From Marsupella aquatica (taxonomy: Eukaryota > Plantae > Marchantiophyta), in NCBI GenBank assembly GCA_973895155.1, contig OZ316896.1, forward strand, positions 13,385,369 through 13,449,368: a DNA stretch of 64,000 nucleotides, read 5' to 3'. A model generated the notes under the pieces. It did not search any database. It saw only the letters and a program-made list of their open reading frames with translations, and was not told the DNA's origin. Shown here in pieces: positions 12,954-25,700 of the stretch. A program made the translations under genes and the position numbers. Within the stretch, counting starts at the first letter, position 1. Every line of letters begins with the position of its first letter.

Positions 12954-13575
12954 CTCAGTTGGGGGCTAGCCTAAAAACATTTGGAGCAATATATAAGTGG
13001 TATAAAGAAAGTTTAGAAGAAAATTACCTACTGTGCTTGTTCCATGTGAGTCACGGGAATGTTGTTGAAGCAGCCAGAGTCTTGTTCAAAACAAGTGTGT
13101 TAAACAACAACCACCAGATGTACAGGACAACATGCTAGGGAGCATGAGTGTGCATAAAGGACCAAGAACAGTAAACCTTGCATGTAGATGCTTTGCAGGG
13201 TCAGGACTAGAAACTACAAGATGGAAGAGAATGTTTGTGGAAGGAAGATCCAGAGTAGAAGATTTTGTTTTATAATGTTGAGGTGATGTGAGATGCCTCA
13301 TAAGAAGCTGCCGTAGCCAGAAGTACTGTTTTAGGTTATTGTTTATGAAAGTGTATGGGAATGCTAATGACTGTCAGATCTAGGTTAAAGAAAAAGGGTG
13401 GTGGATGGAAGTATTTTTATATTAGGGTATACGTGGAGTCTGTGAATACTAACATAGACATTTGATGTATACATGGTCAATCATTATACATGGTACTTTC
13501 CAGTGTGAATATTTTAACATTTTACTGGAAGTTTTCAGATGTCTAGAAAATAGTTGTTGCGGATATATCTCCTAT

Positions 13576-13614
<39 letters not shown>

Positions 13615-13616
<2 letters not shown>

Positions 13617-15190
13617 CATGGACAGGCAACAAAGCACTGTCTACTCCTAAGTGCCATGACATCACACTCAAAGGATCAGCTACTCTGAAAGGATTAGTCA
13701 AAGGTTGATACCAAAAATGCAAGCAACTGAAGTTGAACTTTGGGGAAGGCAAGCTCCCATGCAAGCTGTCCATTGAGCAGACCATTCAACTGTACCTATG
13801 CAATAATAGTTTGTCCAATCCGGGAAATGCAAACCTATGGAGATTCATGGCCAATCAAAGGGTCAAGAAACTCTTGGATCGAAGGACAGAGCAAGGTGGG
13901 TGGATTTTGAAGAGGTCATCAACCAAACCACCAGGGTTGGGAGTGCGGATTTCTCCCAGTTCTACAACAAATTGAAATAGACCACAGACCTCATAGAGTG
14001 CAGCCTGCACGAGTGTGAGGGCTGGCAATGGGGGGGGAGAAAGAGAGGCTGGAACTTCCCCAACAAGGTCTGGGTCAACTTCAACAAAAGTGTGTTGATT
14101 GATGTCACTAAGCTTAATAGAAGGTGGGGACAAATCAGCCAACAACAAGAGTGGCAACAAAACTGGCAGAAACTGTGCGGCAGATGGATTTTTCCTAAGG
14201 TGCACTTTTTCATTTGGCATCTATTGAAATATAGTTTTTTCACAAATGGGAGGGCTAGCCATTGAGAAGAGGAATTCTCCAGGGGCAAATTACAATTTGA
14301 GCACACTGAACACTTTTTATTCAGCTGCAACACTGTCATTTCTAGATGGCAAGAGATTCACAGACTTGTTCGATACTCTACGGCTCTGCAGTCACTCAAG
14401 GAAGACTTTATGAAGCACTAAATGATGCTATCCCCGTGAGCAAGAGGAAACCAGGTCCAATTTTCCTACTGATGGAACTATGCTCTAGCATTTGGAAAGA
14501 GCAAAATGCGGCTTCTTACTCTCAATTCCTGGGGAGACTTCTGGGATGGGTGGTCTTGCGCCAACTTGACACACATCTCAAAGCCATGATGAGAATGTGT
14601 CATTCTGTGGAGACAAGCAAACAAATTAATAGGAAACTTAAGTCATTGACCAACTCCGTGTTGTCCTCAAACCCTGGGAGACTACTGAAAGCCCTATTGC
14701 TACAAACACACTAGATGAAGATGACTGAAGCGACCAACACCAAGAAAGGAAGAACTTATATGGCCAAGGACAGGTTGACGAAGATGAAGACTGAGTGCAC
14801 TAGGATGACGCATTGTACTAACATGCCATGGAGTGGTGGCTACCAACATCAAACTAGACCTAGCTGGGGGTTTTGGGACATGGGCTGGGGCAATTGTACT
14901 AGTAGATCACACTTTTAAGATAGTCCCAACAGGCAGCAAAACATGAGGTGGAATAGGATTCAGGATAATGTGAAACAGAATACGAGGCAGAATAGAAGGA
15001 AGATGAATTTAGATGTTTTCGGGGCCATTCTTCAATGATTGTTCTGGATTGTGCGGCATGATTAGTGTTTTGGTCCCGTGTGCCCTTTGGCCCCCTGGTC
15101 TAGTGCCCTCTGTGACCTTTGCTTGGGTGATTTTTGCCCCCTTGTGTGTTATTGAGGCTTTGCAGCCCCCTTTTTCAAAACAAATAAAAT
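13615..15190 (+). mobile_element. Decayed LINE, right half (post-RT region, zf-RVT-like region, 3' UTR and A-rich tail)
   Basis: Continues the frame broken at 9160 (GPRKRE(R)...SWTGNKAL). Contains W..LCG.WIFPKVHFFIWHLL...TNGRA...EHTEHFLFSC and LCSSIWKEQN, and ends in TTTCAAAACAAATAAAA near 15190. Confidence 0.75.
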
Positions 15191-16979
15191 AGCAAATGGG
15201 ACATCTTTCACACATGGATATAGAAAGCCAACCCTGGTAATGTCTGGGTAGAACTGAGAGTACTAGTCTTGGGAAAGACTCTCAGTATGGGTTGAATCTA
15301 GAGCTAACCCTCTCAAACCTTTCCTTTGTACTTTCTTGAATCTTGTGAACCATACAATCCCATGGACCAGAACATCCTTTGCACTGTCACACGCTCACAT
15401 TCTCCATGCATTTAAAGCTTTGACCTTAAAACTTTGACCTTTGTGATATGTAATGGAATTGACTGTCTTTGAGTTAGTTTGAGAGGCTAGAAAAGATTCT
15501 TCCAGCAAGTTTAATGCACCAACTTTCATTAAGAATGGAGACTGAGATAAGCTTTTCCAATCTTGACTGTGCATTGGGTTGCGGTGTAGTATCACCAAGC
15601 ACCATTGGTGATTCTCATCACGTGGTATACTGAAGATAGTTCCTTCTATGACTTCAATTTGAATTTGAAAACTGTCTGCCTAAAACTCCTCCTCCCTGTC
15701 ACTGTCTCAAACACCCGTTTTGACACAAAAACCTCACTCAAGCTTGGTGACTTCATTCTTGTTTTTGCTCGTGCTCTAGCTGTTCCATCACCTTAGTTTT
15801 GGCTATGGCAACCTTAGTTGGAGGAAGAGTTAAAGGATGTTTGTGCCAAAGGAGGCAGATCATTTGTGCAAGGGAGGTATAATTATAGGCATTGTTTAGC
15901 AGAATGATGTCTATCTCTTTCTCTCTCAAATCTTATCATCTCATATGCATTGATTGATAGATTGTGCATGTGAGATGATAATATTTGAGAGAGAAAGCGG
16001 GAGAGAAAGAGCTAGATAAGAGCTGAAAACTTAGTGTCATTTTTAGGGTTTGGGCGGATCGGGTTTTAGGATGTCATCTCTCCGGGCATCTCTCTTCATT
16101 TGATGAGGTTTAGGGGTATCATCCCTAAGCCTTTTACCTTGCATTCATAGTATCAATGATCCTTGTAATGGCACCTAGCAGGATTCCTAGATTAAAGTTT
16201 TTGCAAAGTTACTTTTAAATATTGGACCTGGTATTAGACTTGGAAAACTGTGAAGAAAGGATCCTCTTCTGTCAATTTTGATATTAATGTTTGCCATACA
16301 AGATGTGGTACCCACATCCTATTACATTAACATGGTTTATCATATATGCAAAGCAGTTGGACCTAAGGTTGCAGCCGCTTTATTGTGAAGCCCGTCCCCC
16401 CCGCTCCCAATAAAAAATTAAAAAACATGTCTGATCACATGTGCTATATCACTATAGCACCCTTTGTTTCCCTGGATCCCCAGGTAGTTGTCCCTGCAGA
16501 CAAGAGAAAGGAAGGAATGATTGATCTTGGTCTAGAGCCGGGTCTAGAGCCCTCACTGTGCGCCACAATAGCTCATGAACATTCAAAATTTGACCAGTAA
16601 TAATAATTATTCTGGATGATTATTCTTCATACTTAGTTACATATTTTAGTAGCACAGTTTTTGCTTTATTTGATTGTTTACCAAATGAATGAGATTTTCT
16701 TGCTGAGTGCAATCCATTATTTGGGGTATTATTAAAAATCTTTTAGAAATACCAACCTAGAAAATTTGAGCTATTAAAGTGTGTCTTAGATCGGAGAGAG
16801 GGCGCGGTAGCGTGGTTGGATGGGAGTGTGGATTAGGATTAAGTAATTAATCCTGCCTTGCCACTAGAGGAGGCAGCTTTGGAACCCAAATGTCCGTAGA
16901 CATTGACAAATGGCTTCTTAATGGGCCAGGTTGGTGGGTGGTTCATAGAGTTATGGATAAAACTGAGTTAGAGATAGTG

Positions 16980-17590
16980 AGCTAGCTCTCTTCCACTTGA
17001 GGACTGGAGTTTGGAACATCCCTGAGATGTACTAGAAGAAGAGACTGACAAATCACTATAGGGTATAATTATAGTAGCTCCTATAATTATGGATGAATTA
17101 CAGAGAGGTGATGGCCTTGCTACCCCACTTGAGGAGGGGTGTTTGGAACTGAAACAGACCAGCTACCCCACTTAAGGAGGGGTGTTTGCATTAAACATTC
17201 CTAAGTAACAAAAGACACTGACAAGTCTCTATAGGGTAGGGCGCGCTGGGCAGCTCGTGCAATTGTGGATAAATTAAAGGGAGGTAAGCAATAGCCTTGC
17301 CAACCCACTTGAGGTGGGGTGTTTGGAACCAGAACAGACTAGCGACCCCACTTAAGGAGGGGTGTTTGGGTCTAAACATCCCAAAGTAAGTAATAAAAGA
17401 CACTGACAAGTCACTATAGGGTAGCTCCTACAATTGTGGATAAATTATATTGAAGAGAGGTAATAGCTAGCCTTGCCACCCCACTTGAGGAGGGCCGTTT
17501 GAAACCACAACAGACTAGCTAGCTACCCCACTTAAGGAGGGGTGTTTGGGTAAAAAAATCCCTAAATACCACAAGACACTGATAGGTGAC
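16980..17590. repeat. Degenerate ~180-bp tandem repeat (~3 copies) with internal sub-repeat
   Basis: CCCCACTT(G/A)AGGAGGGGTGTTTGG recurs at ~17123, 17167, 17304, 17346, 17479 and 17526. Confidence 0.75.
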
Positions 17591-17928
17591 TAAGCTAGAA
17601 ACATAGGTGGAGAAGTTGTGACACCAGGCAACAATGCCTGGACTTGAATAGCAACAAGGAGAGATTCTAAGTATTTAAGGAGCAGATTCTCAATCTAAAC
17701 CAAGTTAGGAATTCCTCCTCTCCTACCTTAAGCTGTGCTTGTTCTTTCAATTGGCATTTTCTACTCTACTCTCTATGTCTCTGGATTTAGAGGGAAATTA
17801 AGTGTGCTGGAGAGAATAGTTGGCACATCACAAGGCACAACTCTTGTCTCTTTATTTGGAGGGAAATTAAGTGGGTTGGAGAGACTGGTGAGCACATCAC
17901 ACACTGTGTCTGATCAAGAAAGAGAAGG

Positions 17929-18386
17929 ATGGGGAGACTAGTTTTGCAAGATCTTGAAGGTGACATAGACCGTTGCAAGCACTGCCACATCCACTTGGCC
18001 AAACGTGGTGAATTGATCACCACTTTCAGTGGGACTTCCAGTGCCAGGCATGGGTTGGGCTGCCTATTCAATGAAGTGGTGAATTGATCACCACTTTCAG
18101 TGGGACTTCCAGTGCCAGGCATGGGTTGGGCTGCCTATTCAATGAAGTGGTGAATGTTTATTTTGGTCAGCCAGAAGAACGCTTCATCAACAATATACAT
18201 TACTCTGGGCCTGACGTTATTTGCAACTCTTGTGACCGAGTTTTGGGTTGGAAATGTGAAGTGGTCCATGTCGAGGCTGAGAAGTACAAAGAGGGGAAGT
18301 TCATTATTCTAAAGAATCAGATCGAACGTTTAATTATACCAACACCCCAACCAACACAGGAGGTAGGCCAGAACTCCACTAACTGA
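17929..18386 (+). pseudogene. Yippee/YPEL-family zinc-binding protein, intronless copy disrupted by a 71-bp tandem duplication
   Basis: ATG at 17929 gives MGRLVLQDLEGDIDRCKHCHIHLA...HGLGCLFNEVVN then TGA. Removing one 71-bp copy (18005-18075 = 18076-18146) restores ...VVNVYFGQPEERF...DVICNSCDRVLGWKCE...EKYKEGKFIL, with two CxxC pairs and the Yippee KYKEGK motif. Confidence 0.8.
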
Positions 18387-18649
18387 AGGAGCTGGATTGA
18401 CGAGAACTTCATGCCTGGATGATGGGAGGTACAATCGACGGTGAAGTGATGACAGGTGACCTGAAGGTGGGAGCGAACGAATCGATCTTCAATCGAGCTT
18501 AGCATAACTGAAGGCTTTGAGATATGGGCTTGAAGGAATTCAAGCATCTTCAGAAGCTAGGCACATGAGACTTTCAATTGTAGATGGCACGCCGTACGTC
18601 TTTGTATGTAGCTGACATGCGTATTAGCACTATGGATGTGCTGATAGAA

Positions 18650-19035
18650 AACTGAAGTCATTTGAAGTTTCATGCTCTTACGCATTGAAACACGCTAATA
18701 ATTGTTGAAACTGGAGCCATTTGAAGTTTGATGCTCCTGCGCATTGACACACGTTAATAATTGTCTTTTGTTTCAATACTTTACATTTCATGCTTCTTTT
18801 GTTTACTTGGGTGAAGCACCTCAGGGAGGCCTTCACATTTCATATATGCTTCTTCTGTTTACTGGGTAAAGCACGGGGGCCTTCACATTTCATGCTTCTT
18901 CTCTTTACTGCGTGATGCACCTCACTCAGGGAGGCCTTCACATTTCATGCTTCTTGTTTACTGGGTGAAGCACCTCAGGGAGGCCTTCACATTTCATGCT
19001 TCTTTTGTTTACTGGGTAAAGCACCTCAGGGAGGC
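18650..19035. repeat. Two adjacent tandem arrays (~59 bp x2; ~50 bp x5)
   Basis: GAAACTG..G.CATTTGAAGTTT...CACG.TAATAATTGT twice, then CTTCACATTTCATGCTTC...TTTACTGGGTGAAGCACCTCAGGGAGGC about five times. Confidence 0.8.
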
Positions 19036-22000
19036 TTTCTTGCAGTTTGAGCCTGTATTCTTAACGTGAGTCGCTGAAGCTGGGTTCGAAAACGTTAACT
19101 CGCCCTGAATTCGAGTGAAAATGATGGTCAAGTCACTCGGGATTGACCACTTTACAGAAAGCTCTAATGGCCCCCAACTTATTGTAAAGCCACACTCAGT
19201 GAGAGGCCTTCCAGCTCCCAAGGCCGCGCCCTCGCTCAAGCCCGCTGTTTCGAAAATTGGGAACACGAAAACAGTCTTTTATCCTGTCACGGTGTTGTCA
19301 TGGTGTTCAGTCCCCAAGCTTGATTTCTTCTCTTCCTGACGTTCTCAAGCGGCAGCCGCATGAGTAAATTCCGGATACAAACACCTGCAATCGTTCTCCG
19401 TGCACGGTAACACTCCGATCCCGGTTGTACCGCCGTCAAACACCAATTATAAAGGATTTGATCCTAGTGATTATTTCAAGGATTGGTCAGTTCAAGTTAC
19501 GTGACGCCACGGGTTACAGAACCGTCTGTCAAGGCTCCCTGAACGCTCGCGCTTTGGGAATCGGCATTTAGCAAGGAGTACATCAGGTTAACGATTACGT
19601 TCGAAAATTTGCTCTCAGATTACAAAGGAAACCATGTCTACTATCGTGATCTCATGTTCACCGTGCCCCAAACGAAGGGGAGAAGTTTTCCATGGTGAAA
19701 CCCAAATCCTCGATACTGTTTTGGAAAGTAGACACAGTCTGAGAACACCCACGTCAGTTGCATGTGTAATGTCGCTCACCGGACAACACAAAGCAGTTCT
19801 GATTGAGAATCGTGGGATTGTATCGAGTTGTTCACGAGGAAAATCAACCCCGAGCATCTTTAACTGTAAAAAATGTGTTTGAATGTAAGCTTAGGAAATT
19901 AAAGTAGAAACCAAGGTTGAACGACGATTTTTGGAACAAACCCAAAACAGGACCCAAAAAGTTATTTGCTTTGCTTTGGTTTTTTTCCCTCAAATTGATG
20001 GATTAGTGTTTCCTTTAATTGAACAGAACTAATAGTCAATTAAAGCATTAGATTTCGTCCACTGCCCACGGTTGAGACTCTGAGCTTTGCAATTGTCTGG
20101 GTTGAAAGGATTATATTAAGCTAATATATCACCAGGTGCTTTACCACTCATCCTCAGGCTTAGGATTCATCTGAACGTGCATTTCACCATAATTGGCACC
20201 AAACAGTAGAGTTTTGTTTATCCACTTAACAGGCTTACCAGTTCCTCGCTATATGTTTTGTGTGATCCAAACGTTATTAACTAAACCCAATCATATCTAC
20301 ACCGATGCCGTGGCAGGTTTCAACTGCCTGGTGTCCACGTTGGCCGGAGCGGCAAAGTCTAACGAATTTACAGCTTGGGTGAGACATATCCTCTCACTGT
20401 TTGGGGAATGCATTTCAGAAAGGTGCTTTTGCCCAATCCTAGAATGACGGCCAAAAGTAACTGAAGATTGATATCCTTCCATCTCCTCAATGGCGTTGTC
20501 GAATTAATGTCATTTCGACTACGGCCCTGACCAACTCCCAACCAAGTTCTCAAGCAACCCAGTCATTCATCTACTTCCTTGACCGGCGCTCTTGTCTCGT
20601 CTTTTCTGTCTCTTTCGTTTAGCAAGCTCAATAATCAACCGATTCATCCCTTCACCTAGCATTATTTAATAAACAATCAGACGTTTCATCCGACCACCGG
20701 TAACTGTATCTTGACGTGCAATTTACCGCCATTAGAGGAAGAAGAGGGTACCCTTAGCCCCTGCTTGACTTGACCTGCCTTGCCTTGCCTTGTGAAGATC
20801 AGGAGTAGTGTGTGATCGAACTTGATAGACAGGATTATTCTGGATTGCGTGAGTGTACTTCCGTGTAACCACTGCGATACTTCAGAAGTGAAGTTGGGAA
20901 ACCAGGAGACTCAAAATAGTAGATCTCTTGATCCGGACTTATGGCGGAGTGAGGAAGATGTTCAGTATAATTGTACCTACAGTAGAAGACCTGATAAACT
21001 GAAAGTGCAAGCAATCTCAGCAGCATTAGCAATGGACTAGCTACGTGGTTGATTGTACATCAGAGGATTTGAACAAGCAATATATTGTACGTGGATGTCT
21101 CCTCCCAGTTGGGCTATCGGCTATAATAAGGGAGACCTCAGTTGCCTATTGTGTTGCATAAGCAAGTTTGGAGAGAGTAGGCATCGATCCAGTACTCACC
21201 CCGAATGTACATCTGCAACTTACAGTACCGTTCCACACGTCTGCGGAGAGCTAGAGACTCTAGGAGAGTGACAGTGATATCCAAGTTAAGGTATGAATCT
21301 CGAGGTAGAATGTCAGGAGCAGTGGTTGGCAAGTTGGATATACGACGGACCAAATTGTGTTCAAAGTTTCAAGTAAGAAAGAATGGAAGGGCTGGAACTG
21401 CTTTTGTAATAACTTGGAGATTGGCGAGTTGTAATTAGTACGACTGCCGACTTTAGTAAAGCTGCAAATTATGTCAGAGGATCGAGAGATCGAAAACGAT
21501 TTGGTAGATAATTTGGTGACTAGCACGTTGCAATTACAATGTACTCTAAGTATTACTGACGACATTGCAAATCTGCAAAGAAGAGGATCGAGGGTTCGAC
21601 AAACATGTCGTCATAATTTTATTACATGTATTTGGACTGCTGCTTCGTCCCCAAAACAAATATTGCTCATTGGCGAGCAGCGATTGAGTATTCTAGATAG
21701 CCGTCTCCGGCCCACCAGGCAGGGTAACTTGCACGGCTTCAGCTACACATGGACATTCGATTCACAACTCCACGACGTTTGATTCTTAGTCAAGGTAATT
21801 CATTTGAAAGGCAGCAAATGATGTTTAGAGCTCTGTGATCGATCAGAAGATGTTAGATGCTGCAGTATTCAGTTGACCATAATCCTAATCTTCTCGACAT
21901 ACTGATGTGATTGCACCTAGCTGCTGAATTCAAATCTTTCAGTGTCTAGGTGTCAGTATTTCAGAATGTCTATCATGTGAAAACTTCTAAGCAATTTTAC

Positions 22001-22779
22001 GTAATTAGAAATGGTAGATTCCTTTCTAGCTATGTATCCAGATCTTACGAATACTCTTCTAAATTTCTTCTTTACTTGTACAGAAGTCCAGAGGCCAGAC
22101 ACAAGTCTCGAAATATATCATCTACTCATTGACGGTTTATCACCATCGTTGTATATACTCTTCAGTCTACAAATGCAGCATTAATTCGTAAACTAAATAA
22201 TGTATGTATTCACTATCAGCTCCAATAACCCGCCTCACTCCTTCGATGGGACCGAACGTTCCACATTTTTCCTGTAGTATTGACTGTGTCTTGTGAATGT
22301 CTCCGGACCAGTTAACTCGTTTAGTGGCTTCTAAATCCTTGCAATCGTATATAGTATTAGCGTTAGACGACCTTCTGATTTGCGCAACCCGCAGAGAGAG
22401 TCCTAACATCAGGTTGGGACATTAGATGGCAACCAAATGAATCCTGACTTCCAATTATGTGCAAATTTATAGGTGAGTGCTGCTTTGGTTTCCTCAGATT
22501 CGAGAAGAAATAGACTCAGGATTAAATGAATAAATTTGAGGTACTCGGCAAGTAGACCACTTGTGAGTAGAATTGAATGCCTTTCCGGAAAGCCTTGAGC
22601 AGAAAAAGCACGAGACAAACTGTCTAGAGAAAAGGTCTGGATTTATAATCTTGTAAGAGGTGCCCTATGAGCTGAACACGGGGCCGAGAAGCTGATTTCT
22701 AGTCTAATTGTGACAAAAATTTGTTGACAGATTGAATCGTGTGATCAACTACCTGTAAATAGTCTAGTAGACTCGGAAA

Positions 22780-25700
22780 ATGAATATGACCGGGAGGGCA
22801 AGAAATGAAGACCAATCTAGTATATCAATTAACGTCGACGCTGCAGTCGATCGTCCTCCAAAGCAGAAGATGAAACTGGATGAGGACAGGTCTAAGAGTC
22901 CGACATCGAGCGACACTACAAAGCTAAGTTCGCCGCAGAGGTGGTCTCTGGGTATGGACAGGCCTGAAAGACTTTCGAGCGAGACTACGAGGCTGGAGAC
23001 AGACAAGTCTGTGGGTTCTGGCATCCTGGATTTCTACCCGTCGTCCAGCATGAAAACGGTCAAGATTGGCGAATTCGAGGACGAGACTGTAGCGTGTCAC
23101 AGCCAGCTCCAGTTGGAGCAGTCATACGGACTAGACCCACTGGCGATTTTCAAAAAGGTGACCGAGGACGAAATTAAAAAGAGGGCGCCGGAGCAGAATA
23201 TCACACTTTTCGCATTGAGACTGGCACTAATCGAGAAGTCGGCGAGCGGGATCGGTACGCTCTCTTTCATCTGGGCCAGCACTATCCTTTTGGGTGGCTT
23301 TGCATCCAATCTGAACCCAGTGGATTTCATAGTGATCACGCTGATACTCGTCACGGAGGGAACCAGGATTTTCACCCGTAGCAGGGAGCTCGAATGGCAG
23401 CACCTGGCATCCAAATCCACGGAAAAATCACTCACTCACGAATCCGAGAGAAGCTTGAAGGTCCCCGAAAACTGTGGTGGTGGAGAATTTACGAAATTCG
23501 GAGGAGCCAGCTCAAAGCCCGAAGAGGAGCCCATTCCATCATCGGAACCACCAGGAATAAACTTAGAACGGGCTCCCAAAGCTTCGTACAAACACACCAC
23601 GTTTGCAGTCTCAGATGAGGACCTCGAGAGCTGTCAGATTAGTAATGCAGGCTATAACATTCAGCACACCCCGCACCTGGTTCCAACAGGCAAGACTCCA
23701 GGTGAAAAGAAATCGACGAGCAATGACATTACAGACTTCGAACTCGAGAAGACGGTGCTCGGCACAGCCGATGCGAAGAACATCAAACGAACGTGGAGCG
23801 GCAGATTAGTGCCCATATTGCCTGGCCGGTGCAGCTCTATCATCTCAACGAGGGGAGTCAGTGCCATCCTGTATTGGATCCAGATCACCTCAGCAGCAAT
23901 ATGTCTGGCTCTCTCAATCTGGAGACTGACGCAACAAGAATACAATCCGCCTGCAGTTCCCAAACAGGATACTCCAGTAAATCTTTACACGTCGTTGAAT
24001 ATCTTCTACACCCTCGCGCTCACGGAAGCTCTTCTGTTCCTGCTGGAGCGAGTCTACTGGGAGTACAAGATGAATTACGAAAAGCTGGTGCTGCAAGTGA
24101 GCAAGAAAGCGGATTTGGGAGGAGGAAATCAGGAAATGATGAAGCAGTTCTTCTACGAGGTTTACAAGAAATGCATTGATGGAAGCGTGTTCGACGGGCT
24201 ATCTATGGACATTGTCGAGTACAGCTTGACGTTGCTCCAATCAGACAACTCGTTCGAACAGCTGAATGGCCTTAAAATGCTATGGAAGATCGTGGATCGA
24301 TACGATGGCTTTTCTTTGGATGCGTTGAGACGGACGGGGACTGCACCCGGAGTGATCGAAAGGTTGGTGGAGATGTTGTCGTGGCGTGGAACCCTCGGTG
24401 GAACCGATCAGGACGAGATTCGCCTGGCAGTTGCGGCATTCATATGTCGGCTGGTGCGGTACAACAAGAACTGCTTTAGAGTCGCGGCAGTGCCCGGGGC
24501 CATGGAGGGGATTCTTTCTCTTCTCAGACCGCATGAGCAAGATCACATGATTCCTAGACTGGATATCCCGACAGATCTACTCTCCTCAAAACGAGCAATG
24601 ATCGCTCTTCGCTTAGATGGGTTGCGCATCCTCGTCGCTCTAGCAAGGGATCCGGTGAACTTGCTGAAGATTGGCGAGACACGGGGGCTCGTTCCCATCC
24701 TTGTGGCATTCATCGCAGTCAAAGACCTTCATGCATTCAGAGAAATGGGAGGCTCCGAACTGAAAACATTCAAAAAGGTCCTGCGACTACTAAAAATGTT
24801 GTCGGCGGCACGGAACGCGAGCGGGACTATACTCCGGCCCATGATTGTCAGGGTGGTATTTGCCATCGCCAGCATGAGGGACATTCTCGAGTTTGGAGAC
24901 TATCATCCACAACTTCAGTGGATGGCAATCGAGATCCTCAGTAACTTGACATTGGACGACAACATTAGGAGATCAATTGGGAGTACGGGTGGTGTCATCC
25001 GGAACTTATTCACGCTGTATGGCAGAAACCTGGACTTGTCAAAAACTCTTTTCCTCTCAGAAAAGGACAAGAGAGCAGAGAAGACAGTTTCGAAAAGAGC
25101 TGGGGATGCCCTTAACCTCCTGGCGACTATGTGCAGGAAGAATTGCTTGCGAATGATGGATCTCCAGGATGGAAACGGCAAAAAACTTTTCATTCCAACT
25201 CTATTGACAATGTTGAACGAGTACAGAGAGCACACCATCTGCGCTGCCAAAATCCTTCGAAGCCTAATGGAGTATGGCAACTGTTCTCAGAAGCGAGCGA
25301 TTGCAGTATGCGTTGTGAGAGTCGTGAGGCTTACCATGGGAAGCTCGAGCCCAAGAATGCAGGAGGCTGTACTCGGTCTTGCGTCCCGAGTGTTCACTAT
25401 CCTCGAACAGCGAACCTACGACCAGGCTTTTGAGAACGTGGATCGGACTGAGCTCGTTCGGACTCTCCTCAAAAATCTGGAGTACAATCCCCTTGGATCC
25501 TACAGGTTGCCGAGGATTCGTCGTCACAGCATTGAGTCAATACTGGCTCTTGTCAATCGAGACCCCAGCTTCTTCGCAGAGTTCATGAGCGATGGCTTGC
25601 TGGAGAAAAAGCTAATGCAGATGTTGGACACCGTCTGTGAAGCCGAGGACTTCGTAATCTTCTCTGGAGCTGAGGGACTCAACAGACACTCCATCACGAT

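Larger units (their letters stand above)
9161..13614. mobile_element. Nested cluster of four related non-coding elements inserted head-to-tail in (GA)n
   Basis: Units ~9161-9755, 9763-11128, 11149-12128 and 12189-13578 are separated by GA tracts at 9756-9762, 11129-11148, 12129-12188 and 13579-13614. Units 1, 3 and 4 start with GACACCCA(T/A)TCAAGGCCA; units 1 and 3 end with TGCCACCATTTATC; units 2, 3 and 4 share an internal structured motif. Confidence 0.75.
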
